DNA from: Rhizobiaceae bacterium
GTDB taxonomy: Bacteria > Pseudomonadota > Alphaproteobacteria > Rhizobiales > Rhizobiaceae
Assembly (NCBI GenBank): GCA_045047085.1
Contig: JASFYT010000034.1
Coordinates: 2,098-66,097, forward strand
Reading direction: 5' to 3'
Length of the DNA: 64,000 nucleotides
This document shows positions 7,396 to 16,083 of this stretch, piece after piece (positions within the stretch are counted from its first letter, which is position 1; every line of letters begins with the position of its first letter). The notes beneath the pieces were generated by a model. The model ran no database searches, was not told where the DNA came from, and was given only the letters and a program-made list of their open reading frames with translations. The position numbers and the translations under genes are program-made.

Positions 7396-8409
7396 ATGTC
7401 AGAATTTGATGATTTGTCCCATGAGGAGCAATTAATTTGCTTGAAGCATCTCGCGGATGCGGCCCTTGCCCATTTTCACCTGCCCATGGGCGTCACTTCT
7501 TATCTAATCAACCTATCAGAAAATGCCACCTACAAGGTTGAAGATCCTCGCACCTCCAAGTGCTGGGCCATGCGAGTCCATCGGGAAGGCTATCACACAA
7601 AAGACGTGATCTACTCCGAGTTGGCTTGGGCAAAGGCCCTGCGAGAAAGTGGTGCAGCGATTACACCAATCGCGCTGCCGGGCCTCGATGGAGATATCAT
7701 TCAGACAGTATCTCATGAAAGCCTGCCGAATTCGCGGCATGTGGTACTTTTTGAATGGGAAACTGGCGTTGAACCTTCTGAGGAAGACGATGACCTGCGG
7801 GCACCTTTCGAGGTACTTGGTGAAACCACAGCACACATGCATAAACACGTAAAATCGTGGAAATTACCAGAAAATTTTAGACGTCCAGTCTGGGATTTTG
7901 AAACTTCACTGGGATCGACCCCTCTTTGGGGGCGATGGCGCGATGGCATGGGCCTCGATAAAAATCGCATGCAGCTGTTCCATGAAACGGTGAACTTGAT
8001 AGAGCAACGGCTCGAAAAATTCGGAAAAGCACAAGAACGGTTCGGCTTGATTCATTGTGATATGCGTCTAGCCAATCTGCTGATTGACGGTGATGTAACC
8101 AAAGTAATTGATTTCGATGATTGTGGCTTTAGCTGGCTGATGTACGATTGTGCTACCACAGTATCCTTTTTCGAGAACAAACCTGAAGTCCCGGACTTAC
8201 TAAAATCATGGGTGAAAGGTTACCGCAAAGTCATCGACCTTCCAATGGAGGATGAAGCGGAAATTCCCACTTTTGTCATGCTGCGCAGATTGTTGCTTGT
8301 GGCCTGGATCGGCTCCCATTCAGAGACAGATCTTGCCCAGTCGATGGGGGTGACCTACAGCAAGGAAACAGATGCCCTTTGTCGCAATTATATTGCTGAT
8401 TTTAGTTGA
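7396..8409 (+). CDS. aminoglycoside-phosphotransferase-fold kinase (probable amino-alcohol kinase)
   Basis: 337 aa with the Brenner motif HCDMRLANLL and the metal-binding IDFDDCG. It is divergently transcribed from the BMC operon. Confidence 0.8.
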   Translation: MSEFDDLSHEEQLICLKHLADAALAHFHLPMGVTSYLINLSENATYKVEDPRTSKCWAMRVHREGYHTKDVIYSELAWAKALRESGAAITPIALPGLDGDIIQTVSHESLPNSRHVVLFEWETGVEPSEEDDDLRAPFEVLGETTAHMHKHVKSWKLPENFRRPVWDFETSLGSTPLWGRWRDGMGLDKNRMQLFHETVNLIEQRLEKFGKAQERFGLIHCDMRLANLLIDGDVTKVIDFDDCGFSWLMYDCATTVSFFENKPEVPDLLKSWVKGYRKVIDLPMEDEAEIPTFVMLRRLLLVAWIGSHSETDLAQSMGVTYSKETDALCRNYIADFS

Positions 8410-8557
8410 ATATAAATTTTGAGATGGTGCTGCCGGCGAAATTTTCATGACAACATCACAATATCAGCACATGCCTCCTCTTGATCCAGTCCACTTGAGT
8501 GTGCAAGGATTACAAAATGATTAGAAAGTTAGCTTCGTAATCGGTGTTGGGGAACGC

Positions 8558-9628
8558 ATGAATATTGCCACCCACAGTCTTGAACGTCCAACTGGCAGCG
8601 ATAACGCGACCAGTGCTAATCCTGCAGTGCTTGCTGCTGCGGCCACTGGTATGGTCGAGTTCATTGAGAAAATGGGGGGTGATGTTGATCGCATATTTGG
8701 TCATGCAGGCATCTCGCCGGATATGGCTGGGGAACCCACTTTAAAGTTGAGCCTTTCTTCGTTTTGCCTGTTATTTGAAGAGGCTTCACGCCTGTCACAA
8801 CATGATAATTTCGGCCTATGGTTTGGTAATCAGTTTTCTCCTCAAAAACTTGGATTGTGGGGATATGCAACAATTTCTTCGTCGACCGTCGGGATGGCAT
8901 TGGAAAATTTGGTTGGCCTGTTTCGCTATCAACAGGAATCGTCGGTGATGAGCCTTTCCGAAGACAAGAATGGATTAATGCGGCTGGAATACCAAATTCA
9001 AGCTGTCGATATTGTCGAGCGCCGACAGGATGCCGAGCTCTCTCTTGGCATGTTTTTCAATGTCATTCGTGAGGGATGCGGCGCGAGCTGGGTGCCTGAA
9101 GAAGTACATTTTGAGCATGCAAAACCGGAAAACTGGAAAGATCACGAAACAGCGTTTTCGGCGCCGGTGTATTTTTCACAGCCGAAAAATGCTCTGTTGT
9201 TCAAGCCGGATATCATGAAACTCACCATGCCCGGGCGCGATCTTTCGCTCATGACAATTATGCAAACCTGCCTTAAAACTGTTGGCGATGAAAATGCTCA
9301 ACCAGTGTCGCTGATTGGTAGAATCCAAAATACCATTCGCACACAATTGCCGGATGGATACCCCTCTTTGGAGCAGGTTGCGCTAACCCTGAAGCTATCG
9401 CCCTCTGTCATCCAGCGCGAATTAGCTTTTGAAGGGCTGACCTATAAGGGACTGATCGAGACCACGCGGAATGCTCTGGCACTGATGTATATCCGGCAGC
9501 GTCATTTGCCTTTTTCCGAGATCGCATTTCTTCTGGGCTATTCAGAACTCAGCGCCTTCTCAAGGGCAGTGCGTCGCTGGACCGGATTTTCGCCACGAAA
9601 ATACCGGGCGCAATTGGCCAATTCCTAG
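8558..9628 (+). CDS. AraC-family transcriptional regulator
   Basis: 356 aa with the C-terminal double HTH ...FSEIAFLLGYSELSAFSRAVRRWTGFSPRKYR and a long N-terminal ligand-domain-like region. Confidence 0.85.
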   Translation: MNIATHSLERPTGSDNATSANPAVLAAAATGMVEFIEKMGGDVDRIFGHAGISPDMAGEPTLKLSLSSFCLLFEEASRLSQHDNFGLWFGNQFSPQKLGLWGYATISSSTVGMALENLVGLFRYQQESSVMSLSEDKNGLMRLEYQIQAVDIVERRQDAELSLGMFFNVIREGCGASWVPEEVHFEHAKPENWKDHETAFSAPVYFSQPKNALLFKPDIMKLTMPGRDLSLMTIMQTCLKTVGDENAQPVSLIGRIQNTIRTQLPDGYPSLEQVALTLKLSPSVIQRELAFEGLTYKGLIETTRNALALMYIRQRHLPFSEIAFLLGYSELSAFSRAVRRWTGFSPRKYRAQLANS

Positions 9629-9810
9629 ATCGTATCTGTCTTTGACGGAATCAATCTAGCTTTATTTTGTCTCACGGCATATTCTCGTTTCACTCCGGCC
9701 TGCGGGGCGCGGCACAGCTAGCGCCGGGTGGCTCCCCTCGCCACCTAAACTTATCAGATGCTTCAGGCTAACGTTGACGATTCTAAAACCTCGTTTTCCC
9801 GACCGATGAC

Positions 9811-10575
9811 CTACGCCAACGCTTCCAGAGACTCGGGCAAAATCTGTCCGCCATCAACTATGATTGTCTGACCGGTGATATAGTTGGCTTCCTTGGATGC
9901 GAGAAACAAGGCGGCGTTGCCGATATCTTCAACTGAACCAATTTTTTTCAACGGTATGGATGCAGCCATCGTTGCAATGTAATCATCCCCCAACCCCTCA
10001 AGGCCTTCGGTGAAAATATTGCCCGGCAAAACGGCATTCATTGTAATCGCGTCCTTGGCCAATTCAATACAGGCGGTACGCATAAATCCGAGTTGGCCTG
10101 ATTTGCTCGCCCCATAATGGGACCAACCGGGAAAGCCCGTTTCAGGTCCGGTAATGGAAGAAGTCAGAATCACCCGTCCCTGATCAGAATTCTTTAAATG
10201 AGGAAGGCAGGCTTTAACCGATAAAAATGTGCCTTTCAAATTAGTACTCATCACAAGATCCCATTCGTCCGGATCCATGTCCTCGATATTGGTTTGCGGG
10301 TAAATGCCAGCATTGGCACACAAAATATCAAGCCCGCCATTGCGATCAACAGCCGCCTGAGCCATGGCCTGTGATTGCTCCCAATTAGAAATATCTGCCG
10401 AAAACCCCGAGGCGCCATTACCAATTTCCTTAGCACAGGCCTCTGCTTCTGAAAGGGTTCGCGATACCACCAGAATTTTTGCGCCTTGTGCAGCAAATAC
10501 TTTTGCTATCCCTTTGCCTATGCCTTTGCTCGCGCCGGTAACAATAACCGATCGGCCTGCAATTGATGTCAACAT
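9811..10575 (-). CDS. SDR-family oxidoreductase (FabG-like)
   Basis: 254 aa with VTGASKGIGKG (TGxxxGxG) and YGASKSG (YxxxK). Confidence 0.85.
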   Translation of the reverse strand: MLTSIAGRSVIVTGASKGIGKGIAKVFAAQGAKILVVSRTLSEAEACAKEIGNGASGFSADISNWEQSQAMAQAAVDRNGGLDILCANAGIYPQTNIEDMDPDEWDLVMSTNLKGTFLSVKACLPHLKNSDQGRVILTSSITGPETGFPGWSHYGASKSGQLGFMRTACIELAKDAITMNAVLPGNIFTEGLEGLGDDYIATMAASIPLKKIGSVEDIGNAALFLASKEANYITGQTIIVDGGQILPESLEALA

Positions 10576-10609
10576 GTGATTTCCTTCTTCATTTATTCAT
10601 ATGTGAGAT

Positions 10610-11434
10610 TTATAGCCGCTCCATCCGTCGCCTCCGGGCACCAATAACCAACCAAACAAGATAGGCAATCAACAGGAATATCGCAGCACTAAATAAAGTA
10701 AGCGCACCCAGGGTCGGCACCATTGGCGTGTAGCCTGACACCATTTTTGCATAGAGCCATTCAGGGATGGTTGAATCTGCACCGGTGGTGAACAGTGACA
10801 AGGGAAAATTCCCCCAAGACAACAGAAACGCGAAAATTGCCCCGGAAATAATTCCGGGCGATAAAATTGGCAAGGTCACTTCTGTAAGAACCTGCCACCT
10901 GGTTGCACCCAGATCGAACGCCGCTTCTTCAAGTGCCGGATCAAAACTATAAACCTGTATCGACATGATCAATATGACAATGGGGGTAATCCAGACCAGA
11001 TGAGCAAAGACGGCAGTGTGCCAACTTGTTGTAATGCCAAGAGCGGAAAACCACAGCAGCATCGCCAGTCCGAGAACCGCTTGAGGGAAGAATATCGGTA
11101 ATAAAATCAGCTTTTGATAAAGCTTGCGGCCCTTCCAGTCATAGCGCGCAAACGCCAATGCTCCCATAAACGCCAGTACGACGGAAATGACCGTTACCAG
11201 TGCCGCAACGGATAATGAGGTCCACAATAATTCCCGCACCGACAATGAGGAAAAGGCTTTTTGGTACCATTTATCAGTCCAACTCTGAATCGGGAATTTA
11301 AAATATCGTTGTTTGGAGAACGATGCCAGCAGCACCGCAACCATTGGCACATATAAGAAGAAGATAACGATCGATGTCCAAAGGATAATTGCCCGGCGCG
11401 TCATTTTTTGAGAAGTCGAACGCATATCTATCAT
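10610..11434 (-). CDS. ABC transporter permease (PotC-like)
   Basis: Multi-pass membrane protein with the EAA loop EEAAFDLGATRWQVLTEVTLP. The ATG at 11434 overlaps the upstream stop (ATGA). The longer track ORF is an upstream read-through. Confidence 0.8.
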   Translation of the reverse strand: MIDMRSTSQKMTRRAIILWTSIVIFFLYVPMVAVLLASFSKQRYFKFPIQSWTDKWYQKAFSSLSVRELLWTSLSVAALVTVISVVLAFMGALAFARYDWKGRKLYQKLILLPIFFPQAVLGLAMLLWFSALGITTSWHTAVFAHLVWITPIVILIMSIQVYSFDPALEEAAFDLGATRWQVLTEVTLPILSPGIISGAIFAFLLSWGNFPLSLFTTGADSTIPEWLYAKMVSGYTPMVPTLGALTLFSAAIFLLIAYLVWLVIGARRRRMERL

Positions 11435-12306
11435 CGCCTCCCGATAACCTTGTCGAGATCGACACGCCTGAACAGAATGAAAACAATGACGCCCGAAAGA
11501 GCTATCAGCAACACTGACAACGCCGAACCCTTGGGCCAATTCTGGGCAAAGGTGAAAGCTGACTCAATATCATCTGCAATCATCACAATGGCTTGCCCGC
11601 CAAGGATTTTCGCCTCAGCCAAAGACCCCAGAACAAGTACAAATGTTAAAATGCCACCGATCATAAACCCTGGCATAGACAAGGGTAACTCAATCTCACG
11701 AAATATCTGCCAACGCGTGGCACCCAAATCGGAGGCTGCTTCCTTCAACGTGTCCGGAACCATTGATATTCCGATGACCAATGGGAACAACGTAAAAGGC
11801 AGATAGACATATACCAGCCCCAACACAATGGCTGGCACAGTGAAGAGCAAACCTGAGGCTGTTGTGCCAAAAAGGGTTTGCAGCGAACCATCCAGAATTC
11901 CGTTTTTTAACAATATGAGAACCCAGCCAAACAGACGGATATTTTCAGAAATGAGTATAGGCACCGCAATGAGCGCGGTTACCAGATTGGCCCATTTGTT
12001 AAACAATTTGGCCATGCCATAAGCGATTGGGTAGCAAATGATAAACAATAATATTACGGTCGAGAGCGCGAGCACAAGTGACCAGAAAAACGAAATGTAA
12101 TAGCTGCTGGTGACAATCGAAACATAATTTTCAACCGTGGGCGTTTGCATCAATGAAAACGATTTCGACGGCATGAAGCTGTAGCCGACCACCATGAGAA
12201 GCGGACCGGCAAAGCCAATTAGCAAAAACAGCGACGCTGGCAAAGCGGTAAGAACGCCTGCCTGCCTGAACCATTTCGATTTACTACCTTGTGAACTGTC
12301 CGCCAT
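11431..12306 (-). CDS. ABC transporter permease (PotB-like)
   Basis: 291 aa, hydrophobic, with the EAA loop KEAASDLGATRWQIFREIELP. Confidence 0.85.
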   Translation of the reverse strand: MADSSQGSKSKWFRQAGVLTALPASLFLLIGFAGPLLMVVGYSFMPSKSFSLMQTPTVENYVSIVTSSYYISFFWSLVLALSTVILLFIICYPIAYGMAKLFNKWANLVTALIAVPILISENIRLFGWVLILLKNGILDGSLQTLFGTTASGLLFTVPAIVLGLVYVYLPFTLFPLVIGISMVPDTLKEAASDLGATRWQIFREIELPLSMPGFMIGGILTFVLVLGSLAEAKILGGQAIVMIADDIESAFTFAQNWPKGSALSVLLIALSGVIVFILFRRVDLDKVIGRR

Positions 12307-12310
12307 TATT

Positions 12311-13387
12311 TTACTCGCTCACCAAAATACAATCTTCCGGTTGCCAACCGATTTCAACCGTATCACCAACCTGTCCCTCATAAGGTTCGTCCTGAAGGCG
12401 CTCCACCAGCCAATGCTCTTCAAATTGTTCAATTCTAATTTGGTATTGCACCCGCGACCCCAATGCGTATTCGTTAAAGGCCACACCTTTGATTATGTTA
12501 TCCAGCCTCGCTGCAGATTTTCCGATTTTCATCATTTCCGGACGTATTATCAAAAACCCGTCGTTGAAATCTGAAAGATCGTCCACAACTTTGAATACAT
12601 CGCCAGAACCAATAACCCGGACCTGGTCTTTTCCAGCTTTTTCAACCTGGAGCGTATTCACCTCCCCCATAAACTGGGCAACGAATTTATTTTTCGGATG
12701 GTTGTATATTTCAAAAGGCGTTCCGACCTGAACAATGCCGCCATCACGCATAATGGCAATACGGTCAGACATCACCATCGCCTCTTCCAAAGAATGGGTG
12801 ATGTAGACGAACGTCTTGCCGGTCTCGCGATGAATATCTTTGAGTTCCTTTTCCAGCACCTTGCGCAGCCTGAAATCCAATGCCGACAAAGGTTCGTCAA
12901 AGAACAGGATTTCCGGATCAAAAGCCAGTGCCCGTGCAAGCGCGATGCGTTGACGTTCACCGCCCGAACACTGGGTAACACTGCGGTCATAATAGTCTAG
13001 CGGGAGGCGCAATTGCTCCATTAATTGACGGACCCGCGCTCGCCTGCTGGTTTTGTCCTGGCCGGCAATTTTCATTGAAAATTCAATATTCTCGCCAACG
13101 GATTTATGTGGAAATAACGCTAGGGATTGAAAAACCATGCAAGTCGGGCGCTTATTGGCTGGCAGGCCATTCATCACCTTGCTTTTCAGCCGCATCTCGC
13201 CCTCGGAAGGCTGATCCATGCCGACCAACATGCGTATCATTGTCGTTTTACCGGACCCAGAAGGGCCTACGAGCGTAAAGAATTCGCCTTCTAAAATCTT
13301 TAAATTAACATCATCAACTGCTACAAAATCACCAAAGCGCTTGGTGATCCCGCTGAGCTCGAGAAACGGCTCGCTTACTTCATTCAT
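12311..13387 (-). CDS. ABC transporter ATP-binding protein (PotA-like)
   Basis: Walker A GPSGSGKTT, signature CSGGERQR, Walker B ILFFDEP. The ATG at 13387 is preceded by GGAGG. Confidence 0.9.
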   Translation of the reverse strand: MNEVSEPFLELSGITKRFGDFVAVDDVNLKILEGEFFTLVGPSGSGKTTMIRMLVGMDQPSEGEMRLKSKVMNGLPANKRPTCMVFQSLALFPHKSVGENIEFSMKIAGQDKTSRRARVRQLMEQLRLPLDYYDRSVTQCSGGERQRIALARALAFDPEILFFDEPLSALDFRLRKVLEKELKDIHRETGKTFVYITHSLEEAMVMSDRIAIMRDGGIVQVGTPFEIYNHPKNKFVAQFMGEVNTLQVEKAGKDQVRVIGSGDVFKVVDDLSDFNDGFLIIRPEMMKIGKSAARLDNIIKGVAFNEYALGSRVQYQIRIEQFEEHWLVERLQDEPYEGQVGDTVEIGWQPEDCILVSE

Positions 13388-13530
13388 GAGGCCTCCGCGC
13401 CCGTCATACTTAGAGCACAATCTGAAAAGTGATAACCGGGTTTCAGATTGCGCTTTAAAATAAAATGCCCTAGGTCAGGAACTCTAATGAGCCCTGACCC
13501 AAGTAAACTTAAAATTGAAATCCAAAAAAC

Positions 13531-14688
13531 TTAGGTTTTTCGCTCACGTTTTGCGGCAGAATACAAATCGTACATTTCCGCGTAATCTGGGTTGATATCG
13601 TAATCAACAGAATTGCCCATTTCCTGCTCAATGGAATCCCATTGCACCGCATCCAATTCTTCTTTCGAGAAGGTGCTCAAAACATCCTGAGAACCCATTT
13701 GAGTTACAGGATTGTATGTTCCTTCGGCAAATGCAACTTTCTTGGAAACGTTAGGGCGCTGAACATACTCAAGAAAATCCTCAGCCAGACCAGATGGGTC
13801 AGGGTTGTTAACGACAGACGTCAACTCAATCCACACGATGCCGCCCTTGCCATCCATTGGGCCAGAATTTGGCGTAATGCCACGAATGTTTTTTGCACCA
13901 TCAAGACGTGCTGGCGATGCCGTATAGGTGCCACCAGTGAAATACGCATCGATTTCGCCATTGATCAAGGCAAGGTTCATTGCAACAAGATCGTCGGTCA
14001 AATTTTTTGCACCATTGAAAATTTGTTTGGCAACTTCACCAAATTTGGTGATTTCCGCTTTGGTATGTTTTTTGAACGGATGAATGTCGGCCGCGATGCA
14101 CATATGATAAATATTCCAGTTATCATACGTCAAAATGCCGTAACGCCCCTTCATTGCAGGATCAAGGAATAACTTGAAGCCCTGATCTTCCGCCAATTTT
14201 CTACTAATTTTATCCGTATTGACCACAAAAGAAAATGGGCCGAAACGCTGTGTCATGCCCAGCAAATCTTTACCGGAAGCATCCATCGCCCATTTATAGG
14301 GTGGCTTAAATGCTGGCATCATCTTGTCGTAATATGGCTCAAAACGTTCACGGGAAATAGGCTTGATCAAACCTTCGGGGAACATCTGCTCGCGTGCCCA
14401 TGGATTGTTTAGATTGATGATATCCCAAACCTTGGTTTCACCAGCGCGCAATCTGTTCACCGCATCCGGATCAGAGGTCAGCCCCTCTGCGCGAACCTTG
14501 GCTCCGAACTCTTTGCGGAACGGGTCAAGCACTTCATCGGAATTATACCCTTCCCAGCAATAAATGTTTAATTCCTTGTCACGCGCAGCATTAGCGATGT
14601 TCGGAAATGCACCGATTGACGCGGCAGCAGCGGCATATACGCCTGTCTGCTGCAAAAAATTACGTCGTGAAAGTGGGTATTTCAGCAT
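13531..14688 (-). CDS. periplasmic solute-binding protein (PotD/PotF-like) with a twin-arginine signal
   Basis: MLKYPLSRRNFLQQTGVYAAAAASIGAFPNIANA signal, followed by a polyamine-binding-like fold (LNIYCWEGY...). The ATG at 14688 has an RBS. Confidence 0.8.
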   Translation of the reverse strand: MLKYPLSRRNFLQQTGVYAAAAASIGAFPNIANAARDKELNIYCWEGYNSDEVLDPFRKEFGAKVRAEGLTSDPDAVNRLRAGETKVWDIINLNNPWAREQMFPEGLIKPISRERFEPYYDKMMPAFKPPYKWAMDASGKDLLGMTQRFGPFSFVVNTDKISRKLAEDQGFKLFLDPAMKGRYGILTYDNWNIYHMCIAADIHPFKKHTKAEITKFGEVAKQIFNGAKNLTDDLVAMNLALINGEIDAYFTGGTYTASPARLDGAKNIRGITPNSGPMDGKGGIVWIELTSVVNNPDPSGLAEDFLEYVQRPNVSKKVAFAEGTYNPVTQMGSQDVLSTFSKEELDAVQWDSIEQEMGNSVDYDINPDYAEMYDLYSAAKRERKT

Positions 14689-14940
14689 TATCTCTCTCCC
14701 TGTGGGCAAATCATCCCTGGAGGTGATTTCAAACAATCAACACTCCATTTGGCTTGCTATCCTGATTCAATTTGTATTTTACATCCGTGCCAACAAAAAA
14801 ATAAAGTATCAGCAAGACGCAATATCAATCTCCATCCAAGATAAGATTAATATATTCACCGCCGTTTCGTCTTGACATCAGACGCACTGGATTTGACACT
14901 TCCATACCGCTTCGGGCCAATTGGATATTCAAATAAATAT

Positions 14941-15636
14941 TTAGTGCAAATCCATCATTTCTTTTAACTCGCCGCTGCTGACCACATGACAGTAAATCAT
15001 ATTCATAATCTCCAGTTCCCTTTCATGCAGCTCATCGCTTCCGGCGGCACAACAATCTTCAACCACCACCACGTTAAAACTCTCATCAGCCAAACTTCTC
15101 ACCGTTGATGAGATGCATTGGTCTGTGAAAATTCCGCAACATATGACGTTTTTGATACCCAAATTGTGCAGGATCAATCTTAGATTGGTTCCTGTCAGCG
15201 CAGAATCTGTTGTTTTGGTTACGATAATTTCATCCCCCACCGGAGAAAGATCAGGCACCAATTGCGATGGTTTCAGGTTTTTCGGCAACAACAAATTATT
15301 CCATCCGGGCATTTTCTGACTGAGCGAACGGTCTCGCCCATCATCTGTGTGGCATGCAATGCGGGCAAATATGCATTCAACTCTGGCGTCGCGAAACAGC
15401 TTCAACAGCTCGGCAGTCCTGGGGATCACCTGCCTGTTCATACGATCATGAAATGGCGTCCATGCATCATATTCCACACGCGCATCATTTGACAGACCGC
15501 TTGTATCCGGACGCTCCAGATAGGTGTTTTGCACGTCAATGACCAAGAGTGCGGTTTCCGCAGGCTTGAGATCAAGATCATCTGGCTCGGGCGCATTTCG
15601 ATAGTAAATCGAGCGATAGGCTGTTTTCCAATTCAT
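14941..15636 (-). CDS. isochorismatase-family (cysteine) hydrolase
   Basis: 231 aa with LLVIDVQNTY and CGIFTDQCISSTVRS (catalytic Cys context). It lies 18 nt downstream of the dehydratase small subunit. Confidence 0.75.
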   Translation of the reverse strand: MNWKTAYRSIYYRNAPEPDDLDLKPAETALLVIDVQNTYLERPDTSGLSNDARVEYDAWTPFHDRMNRQVIPRTAELLKLFRDARVECIFARIACHTDDGRDRSLSQKMPGWNNLLLPKNLKPSQLVPDLSPVGDEIIVTKTTDSALTGTNLRLILHNLGIKNVICCGIFTDQCISSTVRSLADESFNVVVVEDCCAAGSDELHERELEIMNMIYCHVVSSGELKEMMDLH

Positions 15637-15654
15637 CAGGAGATTCCGTTTCGG

Positions 15655-16083
15655 TTAGTATCTGGTGGTGAACAAACCGCGTTGTTCATAAACCTCGGCG
15701 GCCTCTTCAATGAACTCAGCCATCCGTTCTGCCTGATAGGTAGTCCTTAATTTCTCAGATATCTCCAACAATACAGATTTGTCTTTTGCCCGGCCGGGTC
15801 TCAAAAACTCATAAATTTCCATCAAATAATCTTGCGGAATATTCGTAAGCTCAGAGGCACGATTAAAATTATCTCCAAGTTTTGGTCGATTGCAATCACG
15901 TGCTATATCCGCCTGCATCTCCAAAGCTTGACTGGTGATCCGGAAATCATCCATGACTACATCCCCACGCTCAACAGCGGCAAGATCAAGTTCACCGAGC
16001 TGTTTTCCTCGCTGGCCCAGAACAAGATCGGGGCGATTTTCCGCCAATGGGTAATCCTTGGCACCAAGCCTATTATTGTCCAA
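15655..16083 (-). CDS. pduE: B12-dependent diol/glycerol dehydratase small (gamma) subunit
   Basis: 142 aa. DYPLAENRPDLV...DDFRITSQALEMQADIA...LGDNFNRASELTNIPQDYLMEIYEFLRPGR matches the PduE/DhaB3 pattern. Confidence 0.85.
   Translation of the reverse strand: MDNNRLGAKDYPLAENRPDLVLGQRGKQLGELDLAAVERGDVVMDDFRITSQALEMQADIARDCNRPKLGDNFNRASELTNIPQDYLMEIYEFLRPGRAKDKSVLLEISEKLRTTYQAERMAEFIEEAAEVYEQRGLFTTRY

Noticed and set aside
9660-9790. The GC-rich segment (ccggcctgcggggcgcggcacagctagcgccgggtgg) between the convergent AraC and SDR genes, considered as a REP-like element or bidirectional terminator.
   Set aside because: Only 4-5-bp complementary stretches could be paired by eye, there is no clear U-tract, and no second copy appears in the window.
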